A stretch of 64,000 nt of DNA, taken from the IMG/VR virus record IMGVR_UViG_3300050821_004478. The stretch is one strand, 5' to 3'. The notes under the pieces are model-generated. The model was not told the origin of the DNA and did not search any database. It worked only from the letters and a program-made list of their open reading frames with translations. The position numbers and the translations under genes are program-made. Within the stretch, counting starts at the first letter, position 1. Every line of letters begins with the position of its first letter. Below, piece by piece: positions 27,575-37,538 of this stretch. The stretch comes from a virus.

Positions 27575-29560
27575 TTATGTAGACAGAGTTATGATTGGCC
27601 AGAATGCTGCGGTCACGCCTGTGGTAAAGTTGCTCGTTAAGTTAGCTGCCGTTGTAGGAGCAGCCGGAACGGTAGGACCAAGACCTGTTAATGAACCTCC
27701 GGTTGAAGAGGTAACGCTCGTCCACCATGTAGGACCTGTTCCCGATTGAGCCGGGGCATTAGCAAAGTAGAAGTATTCTACCTGCTGACTTGGGGTTGCT
27801 CCACTAAAAGTTAGACCGGTGCCGTCACCGGTGAATGCTAACCAGTAATTACCTGCTTGAATAGTAATGGTACCTTGGACAAATGGCTTAGTTACTACGG
27901 CAACTGAGTTGAACACTTGCGGCCCTAGATTCCAAACTAAAACTCCGGCTGTCGTGTACATTCCCCAATCATAATGATTCGTGTCCGAAGTAGTTACGTT
28001 GAATGTGAAGTTCCCGACAGTGATAGGAGCATCTATATGCATATACAAAAACTTCACTGAATTTGCAGTAAAACTAAAACTCTGCGCATTTATAGGATTT
28101 ATATTTGCGGGCGCAGAAAAGAACTTCGGAAGACTCAAAATTGACTGAGACGTACCGCCGCCGCCGCCTCCGGTAGACGCGAATCTAATCCCACCCGCGC
28201 CCAAATCCGTGATCGTCATGTTGTTACCAGCGATCAAGTTCAAAACAGTTTGCGATGAGTTCAGCACGCTGTTTGTTTCAAATGTAACTACCGGTGCCAC
28301 ACCACGTTCTGTCCAGTACCCAAAGCCGTCAGAAACTATCAGAACTCCAGTGTTTGGAAGCAGCTTAATTTGCTGATTTTTGCCGTCAATATTCGCGCTC
28401 GACTGGACAAAGAACGTTCCGGTGCCAGTGTTTTCTACATAAGTGTACCAGCCGACAGGGAAAACTGCATTCGTCACAGCTTGCAGGCGAAAGTTCGCCA
28501 TTATGAATTCGAAGGAACCTATGCCTGCTCCGGTTCCGGAACCGACGAGCGTTGCTCCCACCGCAGGATTCACCAGATATTCATCCAAGCCAACGACAAA
28601 CTCATTAGCTGACGGAGGGCCAGACCATTGTATGGCAGTCCACGGAATCTGGGTATATCCTGCACCCGCAGTCGGTTGAACTCCAGTTGTGCTGAGACCG
28701 TATCTAGCTGCTACGAACGCGAAAGTATTTGTAACAGTAGGAACTATCGAGGCGCTGCCCACACCCGTGGCAAATTGATCTAGTCCCCCGGTAAGACTGA
28801 TGCCGGAAAATTCATCTACAACGAGACTCTGAAAAGACCCCATTGGTCCGGGTTGAAAAGCTATAACGGCGTTGGGTCCGGCTTTACAGTTTGCTGCATA
28901 CCACTGTGATGTCTTGCCAGAATTGCTGATAGTTGCGATAGGAACCCAAGTATTTCCGGCACTGTCTCCTATGGTATTGGTTGGCCCAACCGTTTGTGAA
29001 CTCGATGCTGTAGCGATCAAAAAATTACCGAGACGATTATCGCTTGAAAAAGTAGCGAGAGCGGAATTTCCTGCTCCACCACCCTTTGCTGTTTGAACAT
29101 AACCAAAAGAACTAGCCGACCCGGGGAGCGTGACAAAACCGCCAGCGTTGTTGGTCATCGAGATCAGCGTATCTCGGTCGGCCAATGTAACTAGGTAAGA
29201 CGTTCCTGTCTGCACATTCTCGTTGATGATAGGCGTGTCATCATCGGTGGTAGCGCTGGCCGCAGTTGACGGAGGTACCAGTTTTTGGAAACTCTGTACA
29301 GCAGCGTTTACATCCGCGATAGCAGAAGGCTGAGGCGGCTGAACCCTGAAATTGGGGACGTTTCCGCCCATCTGGCTATTCGCGATATCCGTATTCAGAC
29401 CAAGTGTCATCGTAGAGATCGCGCCGGACGCGAATCGATCTGCGGCAACCGGAGGCACTTGCGCACCTCCTCCACTTTCAATCGGAGGTCTTGTGACTTC
29501 TGACCAACCTTCCGGTATGGTGAAGTCTTTCTCGTTTGTAATGTGGTCTTTATTTGCCAT
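27575..29560 (-). CDS. tail fibre/spike-like protein
   Basis: 661 aa, Gly/Thr/Ser/Asn-rich and beta-rich, with a GGGGGG run. Assigned from structural-module context. Confidence 0.5.
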   Translation of the reverse strand: MANKDHITNEKDFTIPEGWSEVTRPPIESGGGAQVPPVAADRFASGAISTMTLGLNTDIANSQMGGNVPNFRVQPPQPSAIADVNAAVQSFQKLVPPSTAASATTDDDTPIINENVQTGTSYLVTLADRDTLISMTNNAGGFVTLPGSASSFGYVQTAKGGGAGNSALATFSSDNRLGNFLIATASSSQTVGPTNTIGDSAGNTWVPIATISNSGKTSQWYAANCKAGPNAVIAFQPGPMGSFQSLVVDEFSGISLTGGLDQFATGVGSASIVPTVTNTFAFVAARYGLSTTGVQPTAGAGYTQIPWTAIQWSGPPSANEFVVGLDEYLVNPAVGATLVGSGTGAGIGSFEFIMANFRLQAVTNAVFPVGWYTYVENTGTGTFFVQSSANIDGKNQQIKLLPNTGVLIVSDGFGYWTERGVAPVVTFETNSVLNSSQTVLNLIAGNNMTITDLGAGGIRFASTGGGGGGTSQSILSLPKFFSAPANINPINAQSFSFTANSVKFLYMHIDAPITVGNFTFNVTTSDTNHYDWGMYTTAGVLVWNLGPQVFNSVAVVTKPFVQGTITIQAGNYWLAFTGDGTGLTFSGATPSQQVEYFYFANAPAQSGTGPTWWTSVTSSTGGSLTGLGPTVPAAPTTAANLTSNFTTGVTAAFWPIITLST

Positions 29561-32500
29561 TATTGTCCCTTGATGATTGCACCATTCACGGACAAATTGT
29601 AAATCGTGTCGGCATTTGCTGTTGTCCCAAAGTCTACCTTCAACGTCAAGAATATGCAGCGCGCTAGAGAACCGACTCCTGCAAAGTAGTATCTGTTTGG
29701 ACTGTAACTTGTTGGAGACAGAGTCGCACCGTAAACAGTTGGCGGGTCAAACTGCGGTGCCAAGGTGAAAGGCGTGAACACGCTGGTTGAACTAAATGCC
29801 TCGTTGAGCAAATACGAGACCGTTGGGTGATACGCGACTCCGGAGAAGTCTGCCTCCAAGAATCGAAGAATCGATAGCTCCCCTCTACGAGCAAGGGCTA
29901 AGGTTCCTTGAATAAAGAACGCATCATACGGCGTTCCATTATCGGTGTAGACCGTTGTGTCGCGTTTCAAAACTTCTTGACCACCGGTTGTTGCACCCAC
30001 TAGAAGCTTTTTGATGCCCGGGGACGTTTCCACGGTCACAACCATCTTGCAGCCGTTGGTGACGGCCGCGAACGGTGACCAGATCGGTTCTGTTCCGTTG
30101 ATCGAGCCGTTCTGTTGACGAGGGTTGAGTCTATACCAGCCTGTTGCGCCGTCCGCAATCGCGATCATGTTATCATTGCCGCTCTGCAGAATCGCAAGAT
30201 AACCTGTTGACGGATTCCATGTAGCGTCTTGAACTCCGGACACGGCGGCATTTGCTAACTCATCTTGGATTGGGAAGCCCGCGTTCGTGAGAGTCAAATT
30301 TGGCGACAGAACTCTCAGCACACTATCTGCTCCTAAGAAAAATACTTCTCCCGCAAGCGCATCTAAGAAATTCCAACTAAGCAGACCAACGCCGCGCACC
30401 AGCGTGTAAGTGAAGAAGGAACCGGTTGCCGGACCTCCTGAGATAACTTCAATGCTTGCCGGTGTGAAGACGATCAACACCGACCCAATTTTGATAGCGC
30501 GAACTGGATTCGCTAAGAAAGTAAACTCGTCAGCCACATTGAATGCAGAATTGGGATTTCCAACTCGTGTGTCTGGACCTCCGCTGAAGACAACTTGGTT
30601 TCCGCTGATTCCCCAAATGCGGTCGAAGTTAAACTCTTGAGGGCGGAAGTTCGACGGAGGTGGGTTGTTAACCCCGTTTATCGGCGCAGGAATTAATACG
30701 TTAAGCCCCGGGTATGATACGCCCGCAATTGTTGACGGGATGTCGGGAAGAAAGTCTCTGAACGACCACGTTCCCGGCCCTCCGTTTGGAAGGTTCGGAA
30801 TTTCGGTTAGCTCGAACATGTTCGAACTGCCGCCGCCGTCCGCAGAACGCCAAATAACAATTGTGTCTACAGCCGGGTCGGTAGAAACAGGACCGGAGAT
30901 CGTCAGCACAGCGCCCGGGTTTGGGCCGATTGGAGTAATCGTCGCGGGAGATGCGCTCGATACATCGCCCGTCAAGCTGCCCGTGGGGAACGGAAGTGGC
31001 GCAGATAGGCCGGGAGGAATAGGCGGCATCGATGTTCCGAAAATATTTACCGTATAAAAGTCTGTAAGAGAGCGAGACTTGTATGAATACGCGTACGAAT
31101 ATCCCTTCGTGAACGTCAAAGATTGGGTGCTGAATACCTCTTCATTAAACCAGATCAGACCATTCGCCGCCGCAGCAGCGTGCGTCTCATTTACCTGGGA
31201 GGTAGTGGTGACTGTGAAAGTCGTGGCATTTGCAGTCAGTGCTACCACGTATCCGTTGTTTCCCGGATTCGTGAAACCGGTGACGATAAGCTGTTGACCT
31301 GCTAGGTTGCTTAAACCGGTGCCGGTGTATGTTGTAGTTGCTCCCGAAACAGCTACTTGGCTCAATACAAAGCTGGTGCCGTTGTCGTCGGTATAGTTTC
31401 CTATCGGAGGCCACGTCGGTTGCACAGTCCCGCTTAATCCGCTGTTGACAACAAACTCAACGTCGGCTGGTACCCGATTGTCGATAATACTTGCGCCGCC
31501 GAGAGGTGTTGCGCCGCTGGGCGGGAAGAAGCCTTGCACAGGAAGATACCACTTCGTTGCGGTGGCCCACGTTACGCCGTCTCCGACGTTGGTCCAAGTC
31601 AGCCCACTGGTTTCCTTCGTGGTCTTGCCGTATCCCGGGGTGAATACCGGCACTGAGCCGTTAGAAATTCCGCTCACGGTGCATACATAGAAAGCGTGAG
31701 TCAGCGGGTCGTAGATCGCAGAGAACGGCGTGTTGTTCGAACTCCATGCGTTGTATTGGGTTGTTGCGGCCCACGTATAAAGACCCAGGCTCATCCAAAC
31801 CAAATCATTGTCGTAAACCAACGTCCCTGCGGGCACTGCAACCGTGCCAAACGGCGTATAGCCGGAACCTGATGTTCCGCCGCCTGACGCTTGGAAGTAC
31901 AAAATTTGAGGCGCAGGAGGAAGGCCGTTCTGCAGACCGGATAGCTCAACAATGGCCGTTGCCGCATCGTTGTTGGTTACCGTTCCGACTGCCGGATACA
32001 CTGTACTCGGCAACCACGGAGCCAATCCGGCATTTGCGATGCCGGGGCCAACCCAAATCCACACGCAGCTTCCGTCGTTGGTATGCTGCCCTAGTGCCTT
32101 CTTAAAAGCTGGAACAAGGCTTCCACTGGTTCCAGATGATGCAGAAGATGATTGGACGTAGCAAGCCTTAGTAACAGGGTCATAAACGATACAAGGTTGC
32201 GCGGTGGTTCCGCCGACTGTGGCGTTGTTGTAAATTGAATGTGCAGTCCACGCGACGATAGGACCCTTGTTGGTCCACGTGATAGTGCCGCCGCCTGTTG
32301 TATCAGACGTCGTTCCTCCGGGACTCTGGTTCCACGGTGGCTGTCCGCTTCCGCTGATTCCGAATTGCGTGGTGTTCGTAGTCGATGCGTTGACCGACTG
32401 AAGTTGCCACATATCTCCGGTGCCGGAATCAAATATCAATCCCATCGTAGAAAATTCGGTCGATGCGGTCCAAGATACCGATGCGACGCCGCTTTCTGTG

Positions 32501-33285
32501 ATTACAACGGTAGGTGCTGTCGTTGGCGTTGGAATACCGAAACCAAAAACTTGGCCGTTCGCGCCCGCGTTGGTTGGATTCCAAATCCACGTATCTACGC
32601 CGTCGCCCGCATAAAGAATGCCCGCAACCGCGACGAAACTCGTTTGTCCCGCGCCCGCTGTCTTACCGAACAAGAATTGCTTGCTCCCATTCTGCTGGTC
32701 CCACCACACTGCTCCCGAGGTTATAGCAGACGCAGCGACGGTCTCTGCGATGCCGTTCGGATTTGCTAAAGTCAATGTGGTAGTCGTGCTGGCGGTGACT
32801 GCGAAGGAACCATTATTTCCAGCGTTAGCGAAGCCTGAGATAGTGAAGACCATGCCAACATATGCGTTGCTGCCACCGAGCGGGAACGTACCGGTGTAAA
32901 CTGTCGTTCTAGGCGAGCCACTTGCGTTAGCCGCAGATGATACAGCTAGCGCGCCGGAAGAACCGGTATCGATGACGTCACGAATCGTGCCATCAAGTTG
33001 AGGGAACGCAAACGCATATAAAGGTGCGGTCGGATATGTTGTCGTTGAAAAAGGAGAGAGTCCAAAACGGCGCTGCAAAGAGAGAAGATTACTCAATTCA
33101 ACGTTCTTGCCGCCTAGCAATTGCCCTGGTCTGCCGCCGTAGTACTTATTTTCTGCCTGAGTTCCGCCCGGGTGAAATTGAGCACGGTTCGTATTCAAGC
33201 CCTCGAAGTAGGTCTCGACAAAGAGAGAACCCCACGCACTTAGGCGCTTACTTTGAACACCTGCCGATTCAAATGCTCCAGCCAT
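29560..33285 (-). CDS. large tail/baseplate-like structural protein
   Basis: 1241 aa. Carries two copies of the ITGF.N.GNNG module and repeated Y.C..sG.SG..P.F/W motifs. Confidence 0.5.
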   Translation of the reverse strand: MAGAFESAGVQSKRLSAWGSLFVETYFEGLNTNRAQFHPGGTQAENKYYGGRPGQLLGGKNVELSNLLSLQRRFGLSPFSTTTYPTAPLYAFAFPQLDGTIRDVIDTGSSGALAVSSAANASGSPRTTVYTGTFPLGGSNAYVGMVFTISGFANAGNNGSFAVTASTTTTLTLANPNGIAETVAASAITSGAVWWDQQNGSKQFLFGKTAGAGQTSFVAVAGILYAGDGVDTWIWNPTNAGANGQVFGFGIPTPTTAPTVVITESGVASVSWTASTEFSTMGLIFDSGTGDMWQLQSVNASTTNTTQFGISGSGQPPWNQSPGGTTSDTTGGGTITWTNKGPIVAWTAHSIYNNATVGGTTAQPCIVYDPVTKACYVQSSSASSGTSGSLVPAFKKALGQHTNDGSCVWIWVGPGIANAGLAPWLPSTVYPAVGTVTNNDAATAIVELSGLQNGLPPAPQILYFQASGGGTSGSGYTPFGTVAVPAGTLVYDNDLVWMSLGLYTWAATTQYNAWSSNNTPFSAIYDPLTHAFYVCTVSGISNGSVPVFTPGYGKTTKETSGLTWTNVGDGVTWATATKWYLPVQGFFPPSGATPLGGASIIDNRVPADVEFVVNSGLSGTVQPTWPPIGNYTDDNGTSFVLSQVAVSGATTTYTGTGLSNLAGQQLIVTGFTNPGNNGYVVALTANATTFTVTTTSQVNETHAAAAANGLIWFNEEVFSTQSLTFTKGYSYAYSYKSRSLTDFYTVNIFGTSMPPIPPGLSAPLPFPTGSLTGDVSSASPATITPIGPNPGAVLTISGPVSTDPAVDTIVIWRSADGGGSSNMFELTEIPNLPNGGPGTWSFRDFLPDIPSTIAGVSYPGLNVLIPAPINGVNNPPPSNFRPQEFNFDRIWGISGNQVVFSGGPDTRVGNPNSAFNVADEFTFLANPVRAIKIGSVLIVFTPASIEVISGGPATGSFFTYTLVRGVGLLSWNFLDALAGEVFFLGADSVLRVLSPNLTLTNAGFPIQDELANAAVSGVQDATWNPSTGYLAILQSGNDNMIAIADGATGWYRLNPRQQNGSINGTEPIWSPFAAVTNGCKMVVTVETSPGIKKLLVGATTGGQEVLKRDTTVYTDNGTPYDAFFIQGTLALARRGELSILRFLEADFSGVAYHPTVSYLLNEAFSSTSVFTPFTLAPQFDPPTVYGATLSPTSYSPNRYYFAGVGSLARCIFLTLKVDFGTTANADTIYNLSVNGAIIKGQ

Positions 33286-33291
33286 GTTTCT

Positions 33292-33322
33292 CCAAATAAA
33301 AATGGCGGCAAGAATCGCCGCC
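33292..33322 (-). terminator. rho-independent terminator
   Basis: Minus strand reads GGCGGC-GATTCTT-GCCGCC followed by ATTTTTATTT, directly after the GIY-YIG gene. Confidence 0.6.
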
Positions 33323-33348
33323 TTAAGAAGTTAAATTTTTAGTTCTTA

Positions 33349-33987
33349 TTATGCGTAAGCAATAATCAGATTTTGCTCACTGCACAAAGCGCAGCTAGGA
33401 TTTATTTTATTGCGAAGAACGTGACGCTGTTTATGAACGCCTATTAAACTCGCCGCCTTCGCGGCTTCTACTCTCTGCTCATGAGTACCCCACTGACCTC
33501 GGTCTCCTGAGACACCGCGCCCAGCCCGCCCGCCAATCAGCCCTCCTGATCTACCAATCTCTGATCGTCTTTCAGGGGTAAGACTAAAAATTCCTCTCTT
33601 ATCCGCTTTCAACTTTTTGCCTATTTGTTTTCGGTGTTCGGGCGTCAAAGAGAATATTCCGGTACCGCGCTCTAAGCTGATTTTACCCAAATTTTTATAG
33701 TCTTCGGCTCCGGGAATTTGAAGATTCATTCCACCATCGTATCCATACCAAGTATGGAATTGAAACATCCAAATCGTTTCAAGTTCGTTCAACGCCTGTT
33801 GGTCTTGAACCTCTACAAGTTCACGAACTGGTCGCGGAAGTTCTGTGTTAGGAAAATCACGCTTAAATCTGCGTCCAAACGAAGAGTTACCAGGGCGATG
33901 CCGATAATCGCGTTTCGCCCCCTGCCCGACATAAATGAACCGGGCTGGGTCATGTGGATGAGGATATCGGTATAGGTGTCCGATCAT
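33349..33987 (-). CDS. GIY-YIG homing endonuclease (free-standing)
   Basis: N-terminal motif ...FIYVGQG...R...; basic repeated RGIFSLTPE(H/R)R modules. Has its own promoter and terminator. Confidence 0.6.
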   Translation of the reverse strand: MIGHLYRYPHPHDPARFIYVGQGAKRDYRHRPGNSSFGRRFKRDFPNTELPRPVRELVEVQDQQALNELETIWMFQFHTWYGYDGGMNLQIPGAEDYKNLGKISLERGTGIFSLTPEHRKQIGKKLKADKRGIFSLTPERRSEIGRSGGLIGGRAGRGVSGDRGQWGTHEQRVEAAKAASLIGVHKQRHVLRNKINPSCALCSEQNLIIAYA

Positions 33988-33993
33988 CTTATC

Positions 33994-34022
33994 AGTATAT
34001 CACACTTTTTAGGATTTGTCAA
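33994..34022 (-). promoter_or_regulatory. sigma70-like promoter (TTGACA-N17-TATACT)
   Basis: Minus strand reads TTGACA aatcctaaaaagtgtga TATACT, upstream of the GIY-YIG start. Confidence 0.65.
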
Positions 34023-34031
34023 GAGTTATTT

Positions 34032-34967
34032 TTATACCGCCCGTCCTGCGTGTCCTAGTTGCGCCATTCCAAGTGTCGCCGTCCGCTCCACGTCGCGGGC
34101 TAGCCACTGTTGAACGAATATGTTCTTCTGCATCTCGGTCAAACCGCTGGCCTTCGATAAGAATGCAGCCACACCACGCTGACGATATTGTTGCGCGCGG
34201 GGGTCGTCCACCATTGCCATCGCTTCCGATAAGAACAAATTGTTGTAGATGTCTGAGTACTGATCTGGGATTGGGTCCCACGCGTAATTGCTGACGTACG
34301 CCGGAATTACTTCCGCGACTCCTGCCCCATTCACGACGGTCAATGTTGTTGGCGTAACACTTACAACCGGGAATGTGCCGTTGTTGGCAACGTGCGCAAC
34401 GAAGCCGGTGATAACCGCATTCGCTCCCGCAGGAAACGAAGTGATATCGAATGTCCCGTTATATGTTGTATTCGGGCCGACTGCGTTTGCTGCGCTGCTG
34501 ATGAAGAAGGGTCCAAATTGGGGAGCCATCTTCTGATATACGATGGTCACCAAATAAATCTTATCCGGCACACCAAGAAACCTGAATTTGAAATTCAGCG
34601 CTCCCGATATGATAGATGAACTCTCGACGGACATCGCACTCGGACGATGCTGGGCTGCAGATAGACTGAGAGCAGCATTATTGTATATGTCTTTTATCTC
34701 AGCGACAACACCCTGATCGTCCGTGAGAGAAACCTTTTCAACGAATGCAAGGTCTGGAACAGGCTGTATATAATCTTGCAAGCCTATCTGGGTATTGAAG
34801 GTGGTCTCTGCGCGATTGAAGTACCAAGTGATTGGAGGATTCAACATCGAATTGCGAATCATCGAGGCAATAGAAACCGCAGGTTCTCCACCCAGGCCCG
34901 CGAACAACGGCGAGTACTGAATGAAAGGTGAAACAAAGTTGGTGGTGTTCAGTAGATTCATCGTCAT
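34032..34967 (-). CDS. structural protein with ITGF..NNG module
   Basis: 311 aa. Module at 34320-34475. Confidence 0.5.
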   Translation of the reverse strand: MTMNLLNTTNFVSPFIQYSPLFAGLGGEPAVSIASMIRNSMLNPPITWYFNRAETTFNTQIGLQDYIQPVPDLAFVEKVSLTDDQGVVAEIKDIYNNAALSLSAAQHRPSAMSVESSSIISGALNFKFRFLGVPDKIYLVTIVYQKMAPQFGPFFISSAANAVGPNTTYNGTFDITSFPAGANAVITGFVAHVANNGTFPVVSVTPTTLTVVNGAGVAEVIPAYVSNYAWDPIPDQYSDIYNNLFLSEAMAMVDDPRAQQYRQRGVAAFLSKASGLTEMQKNIFVQQWLARDVERTATLGMAQLGHAGRAV

Positions 34968-34969
34968 GA

Positions 34970-36547
34970 TTATGGTCTCGGATAATTATAGGGCCACGCG
35001 GCTCCCTGATAATTGTTGCGGCTGCGCGCCGCGCCAAAGACTGTACGCGACGGAATAAATTTGTTCTCTTCCAACTCGCGATCTTCCTTCACACGCAGTT
35101 CATTCAACGCGGCCTTCCACAAGGCCCACTCTTGAGGGAACTTTGCATACACGGCCTTCTCGGGAGAGCGGTGGTAAAGTTGCGCGATGAATCCGTCGCG
35201 GAAGAACGTCTCAAACTCATCTGGCAGTGGGCCAAGTGTTTGAGCCAAGCTAACGAAACGAATTGGCTTCATCTGCGCGATCAAATTAAATTGCCACTGA
35301 CTTCCCGTTGTCGTTGGCACAGGCACGAAGCGGAAGCCCCATCCGTTGGGGTCTAGAACAGTCCACTGAGTCGATGCGCCTGTTCCTGACGCGGTGACGC
35401 CGGGAACCGCATTACGAACTGCTAGGGGCGGCGTGGTTCCTTCTATACCGTATGTGGTGAGCAATAAGAAGTTGCCGTTTGCATCTATGATCTGAGTGAT
35501 AGGATTTTGCGGCTGGCTTGTTTTCTCTGAACTGTTTACGTCGCCGCCAGATTGATATGTTCCGGGATTGACTGCCATTGTGACTGTGACGGTCGGCGCA
35601 GTCAGCACAGTATCATTGATGCTCACGATAACCCAACTACCGTTATATCCAACTGGAAATGCACTATCGATGCCGAGAGTGCTGGCAACTTTAATCGTTG
35701 GCAGAAGACTCGATATGGTAAAAGTTGCTTGACCGGCAGACCACGATGCCGCAGTTACAGCGGAACCTGTAGGTGCTAGATAAACTGAGCCGGGTCCCGG
35801 GTTATTACCGGTCGTTGGACCACCAATATTTGCCTGCCCCCAGGTGCCGTAATACAATGTGCGATTTGGAAACCAATTGCAGCGGAAGCCTGGGTCGCCT
35901 AGTCCTGCGCCGCCCGTGTAGCTGGCGGTAATCTGAGGAAGTTGACGTCCGCACTCGATGCGAACGAATGGCTTCGGAATAGAGGTGTTGTTGATGTCGA
36001 AAGCCACCCCGCGTTCCAGCCACGACATATTGAGAAGAGAGCCGCCCGCTGAGAGGGCATTACCTGAATGAGCCTCTACCACTCCACCCACGTTTTGTAA
36101 CACGAGTGCGAAAGCAGAAGACGCGACGCACATAAAGGTTCCGTTGTTACCGGCATTTGTGAATCCGGTGATAACAAAGGGTACTCCGACGTATCCGCCG
36201 AACGCGCCGTCCGGCAGTGTCCCCGCATAAGTTGCGGTGCCTTGTGAAGGTGAGACTTGAGTGACGCCTGTCAACGTCAAGTTACCGCTTAATCCTGGCG
36301 CATTGGTTACTGCGTAATCTTGCTGAAGACTGTTCGAATAGATCGGCGGGATTATAAATTCATTCCACTTGTGGGGGAACGGTGTGGAACAAATTGCATT
36401 CATCACCGTGTTGGCAACCGAAGTGGCAACACGCTCAGTGAAACCTCCCGCATTTAAAATTGGCTCAACATCACCGTGAGTCTCCGCAGTATCAGCAATA
36501 TATTGAAGAGTGATGGTAGAAAGACTTGTAAAGAATCCGTATGCCAT
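34970..36547 (-). CDS. structural protein with ITGF.N.GNNG module
   Basis: 525 aa. Module at 36080-36241. Confidence 0.5.
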   Translation of the reverse strand: MAYGFFTSLSTITLQYIADTAETHGDVEPILNAGGFTERVATSVANTVMNAICSTPFPHKWNEFIIPPIYSNSLQQDYAVTNAPGLSGNLTLTGVTQVSPSQGTATYAGTLPDGAFGGYVGVPFVITGFTNAGNNGTFMCVASSAFALVLQNVGGVVEAHSGNALSAGGSLLNMSWLERGVAFDINNTSIPKPFVRIECGRQLPQITASYTGGAGLGDPGFRCNWFPNRTLYYGTWGQANIGGPTTGNNPGPGSVYLAPTGSAVTAASWSAGQATFTISSLLPTIKVASTLGIDSAFPVGYNGSWVIVSINDTVLTAPTVTVTMAVNPGTYQSGGDVNSSEKTSQPQNPITQIIDANGNFLLLTTYGIEGTTPPLAVRNAVPGVTASGTGASTQWTVLDPNGWGFRFVPVPTTTGSQWQFNLIAQMKPIRFVSLAQTLGPLPDEFETFFRDGFIAQLYHRSPEKAVYAKFPQEWALWKAALNELRVKEDRELEENKFIPSRTVFGAARSRNNYQGAAWPYNYPRP

Positions 36548-36554
36548 AAGCGCC

Positions 36555-37259
36555 TTAGATCAATTTGTGATCTTTCAAAAGTTGTATCACTGCCGCTCTT
36601 GATTGCTGTACCGCTGCCTCGATAGGGCCTGCCGGGCCGCGAGGACCGGGTATGCCGGGTGAACCTGCTTCGCCCTTCTCGCCTGTTGCACCTTGAGCGC
36701 CTACATCGCCCTTCTCGCCACGCTCGCCTGCTGCACCAGGGGGGCCGTCAAAACCTCGTTCGCCCTTCGTGCCGGGGAATCCTTGGGAACCTCGTTCGCC
36801 GCGCTCTCCGCGTTCGCCTATCGCACCAGAGGGTCCTGGGGAGCCGGGAACGAATGACGGCTCGCCCTTCTCGCCGCGCTCGCCTACATCGCCCTTCTCT
36901 CCACGCTCACCTTGGATACCGCGTTCGCCTGGAAAGCCTTGTCTGCCCTGCGCTCCCGGCTCTCCGGTCGCGCCACGCTCGCCTTGCGGCCCCGCGTTGC
37001 CTACTGGACCTGGGATATTGGAAACTCCTGGCTCGCCCTTCTCGCCGCGAGCGCCCGGGGGACCGACAATAGAATCACCCTGGAGGCCGCGCGAACCAGT
37101 CTCGCCGCGCACGCCCTGGTCGCCCTTCTTACCTCGCGCGCCTTCTACGCCGCGACGAGAGACATGAACCTTGCGGTGTTCTGCGTGCTCTGACTCAAAT
37201 TGGGTGATGCGCGCAGTGAGCGCTTCGATCTGCTGTTGAAGCTGTTCCAAAGTTGACAT
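36555..37259 (-). CDS. collagen-like (Gly-X-Y repeat) fibre protein
   Basis: N-terminal coiled coil, then about 55 uninterrupted GXY triplets (GEKGDQGVRGETGSRG...). Confidence 0.75.
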   Translation of the reverse strand: MSTLEQLQQQIEALTARITQFESEHAEHRKVHVSRRGVEGARGKKGDQGVRGETGSRGLQGDSIVGPPGARGEKGEPGVSNIPGPVGNAGPQGERGATGEPGAQGRQGFPGERGIQGERGEKGDVGERGEKGEPSFVPGSPGPSGAIGERGERGERGSQGFPGTKGERGFDGPPGAAGERGEKGDVGAQGATGEKGEAGSPGIPGPRGPAGPIEAAVQQSRAAVIQLLKDHKLI

Positions 37260-37268
37260 ATGCTTCCT

Positions 37269-37538
37269 TTACATCGTGAATGTTCCGGTCGGCAACTGCG
37301 TAGGCTGAACCGGAGGCGGTGGTGAATTTATGATAGACTGAGCCAACATAACAGGAGCAACCAAATTATTGACTGCGGGTTGTCCACCAGTACTGAATGC
37401 TGCCGTTATAGCGCTCAACCAGAATGTGACCGTAACCGAAATTCCATCTACGGTTCCGACAACGGTTACTGATGGGTCCGGGAAACCTGGAAGATTCGGA
37501 GTGTAAGATGAACTGCTTACTACGTATACATGGCTCAT
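37269..37538 (-). CDS. hypothetical structural protein
   Basis: 89-aa ORF whose ATG overlaps the upstream gene's stop (ATGA). Confidence 0.45.
   Translation of the reverse strand: MSHVYVVSSSSYTPNLPGFPDPSVTVVGTVDGISVTVTFWLSAITAAFSTGGQPAVNNLVAPVMLAQSIINSPPPPVQPTQLPTGTFTM

Noticed and set aside
36659-37193. Four plus-strand ORFs (93-137 aa) rich in Pro/Arg/Ser
   Set aside because: They are antisense to the collagen-like gene. They arise from the GC-rich triplet periodicity, have no RBS, and have a low-complexity composition.
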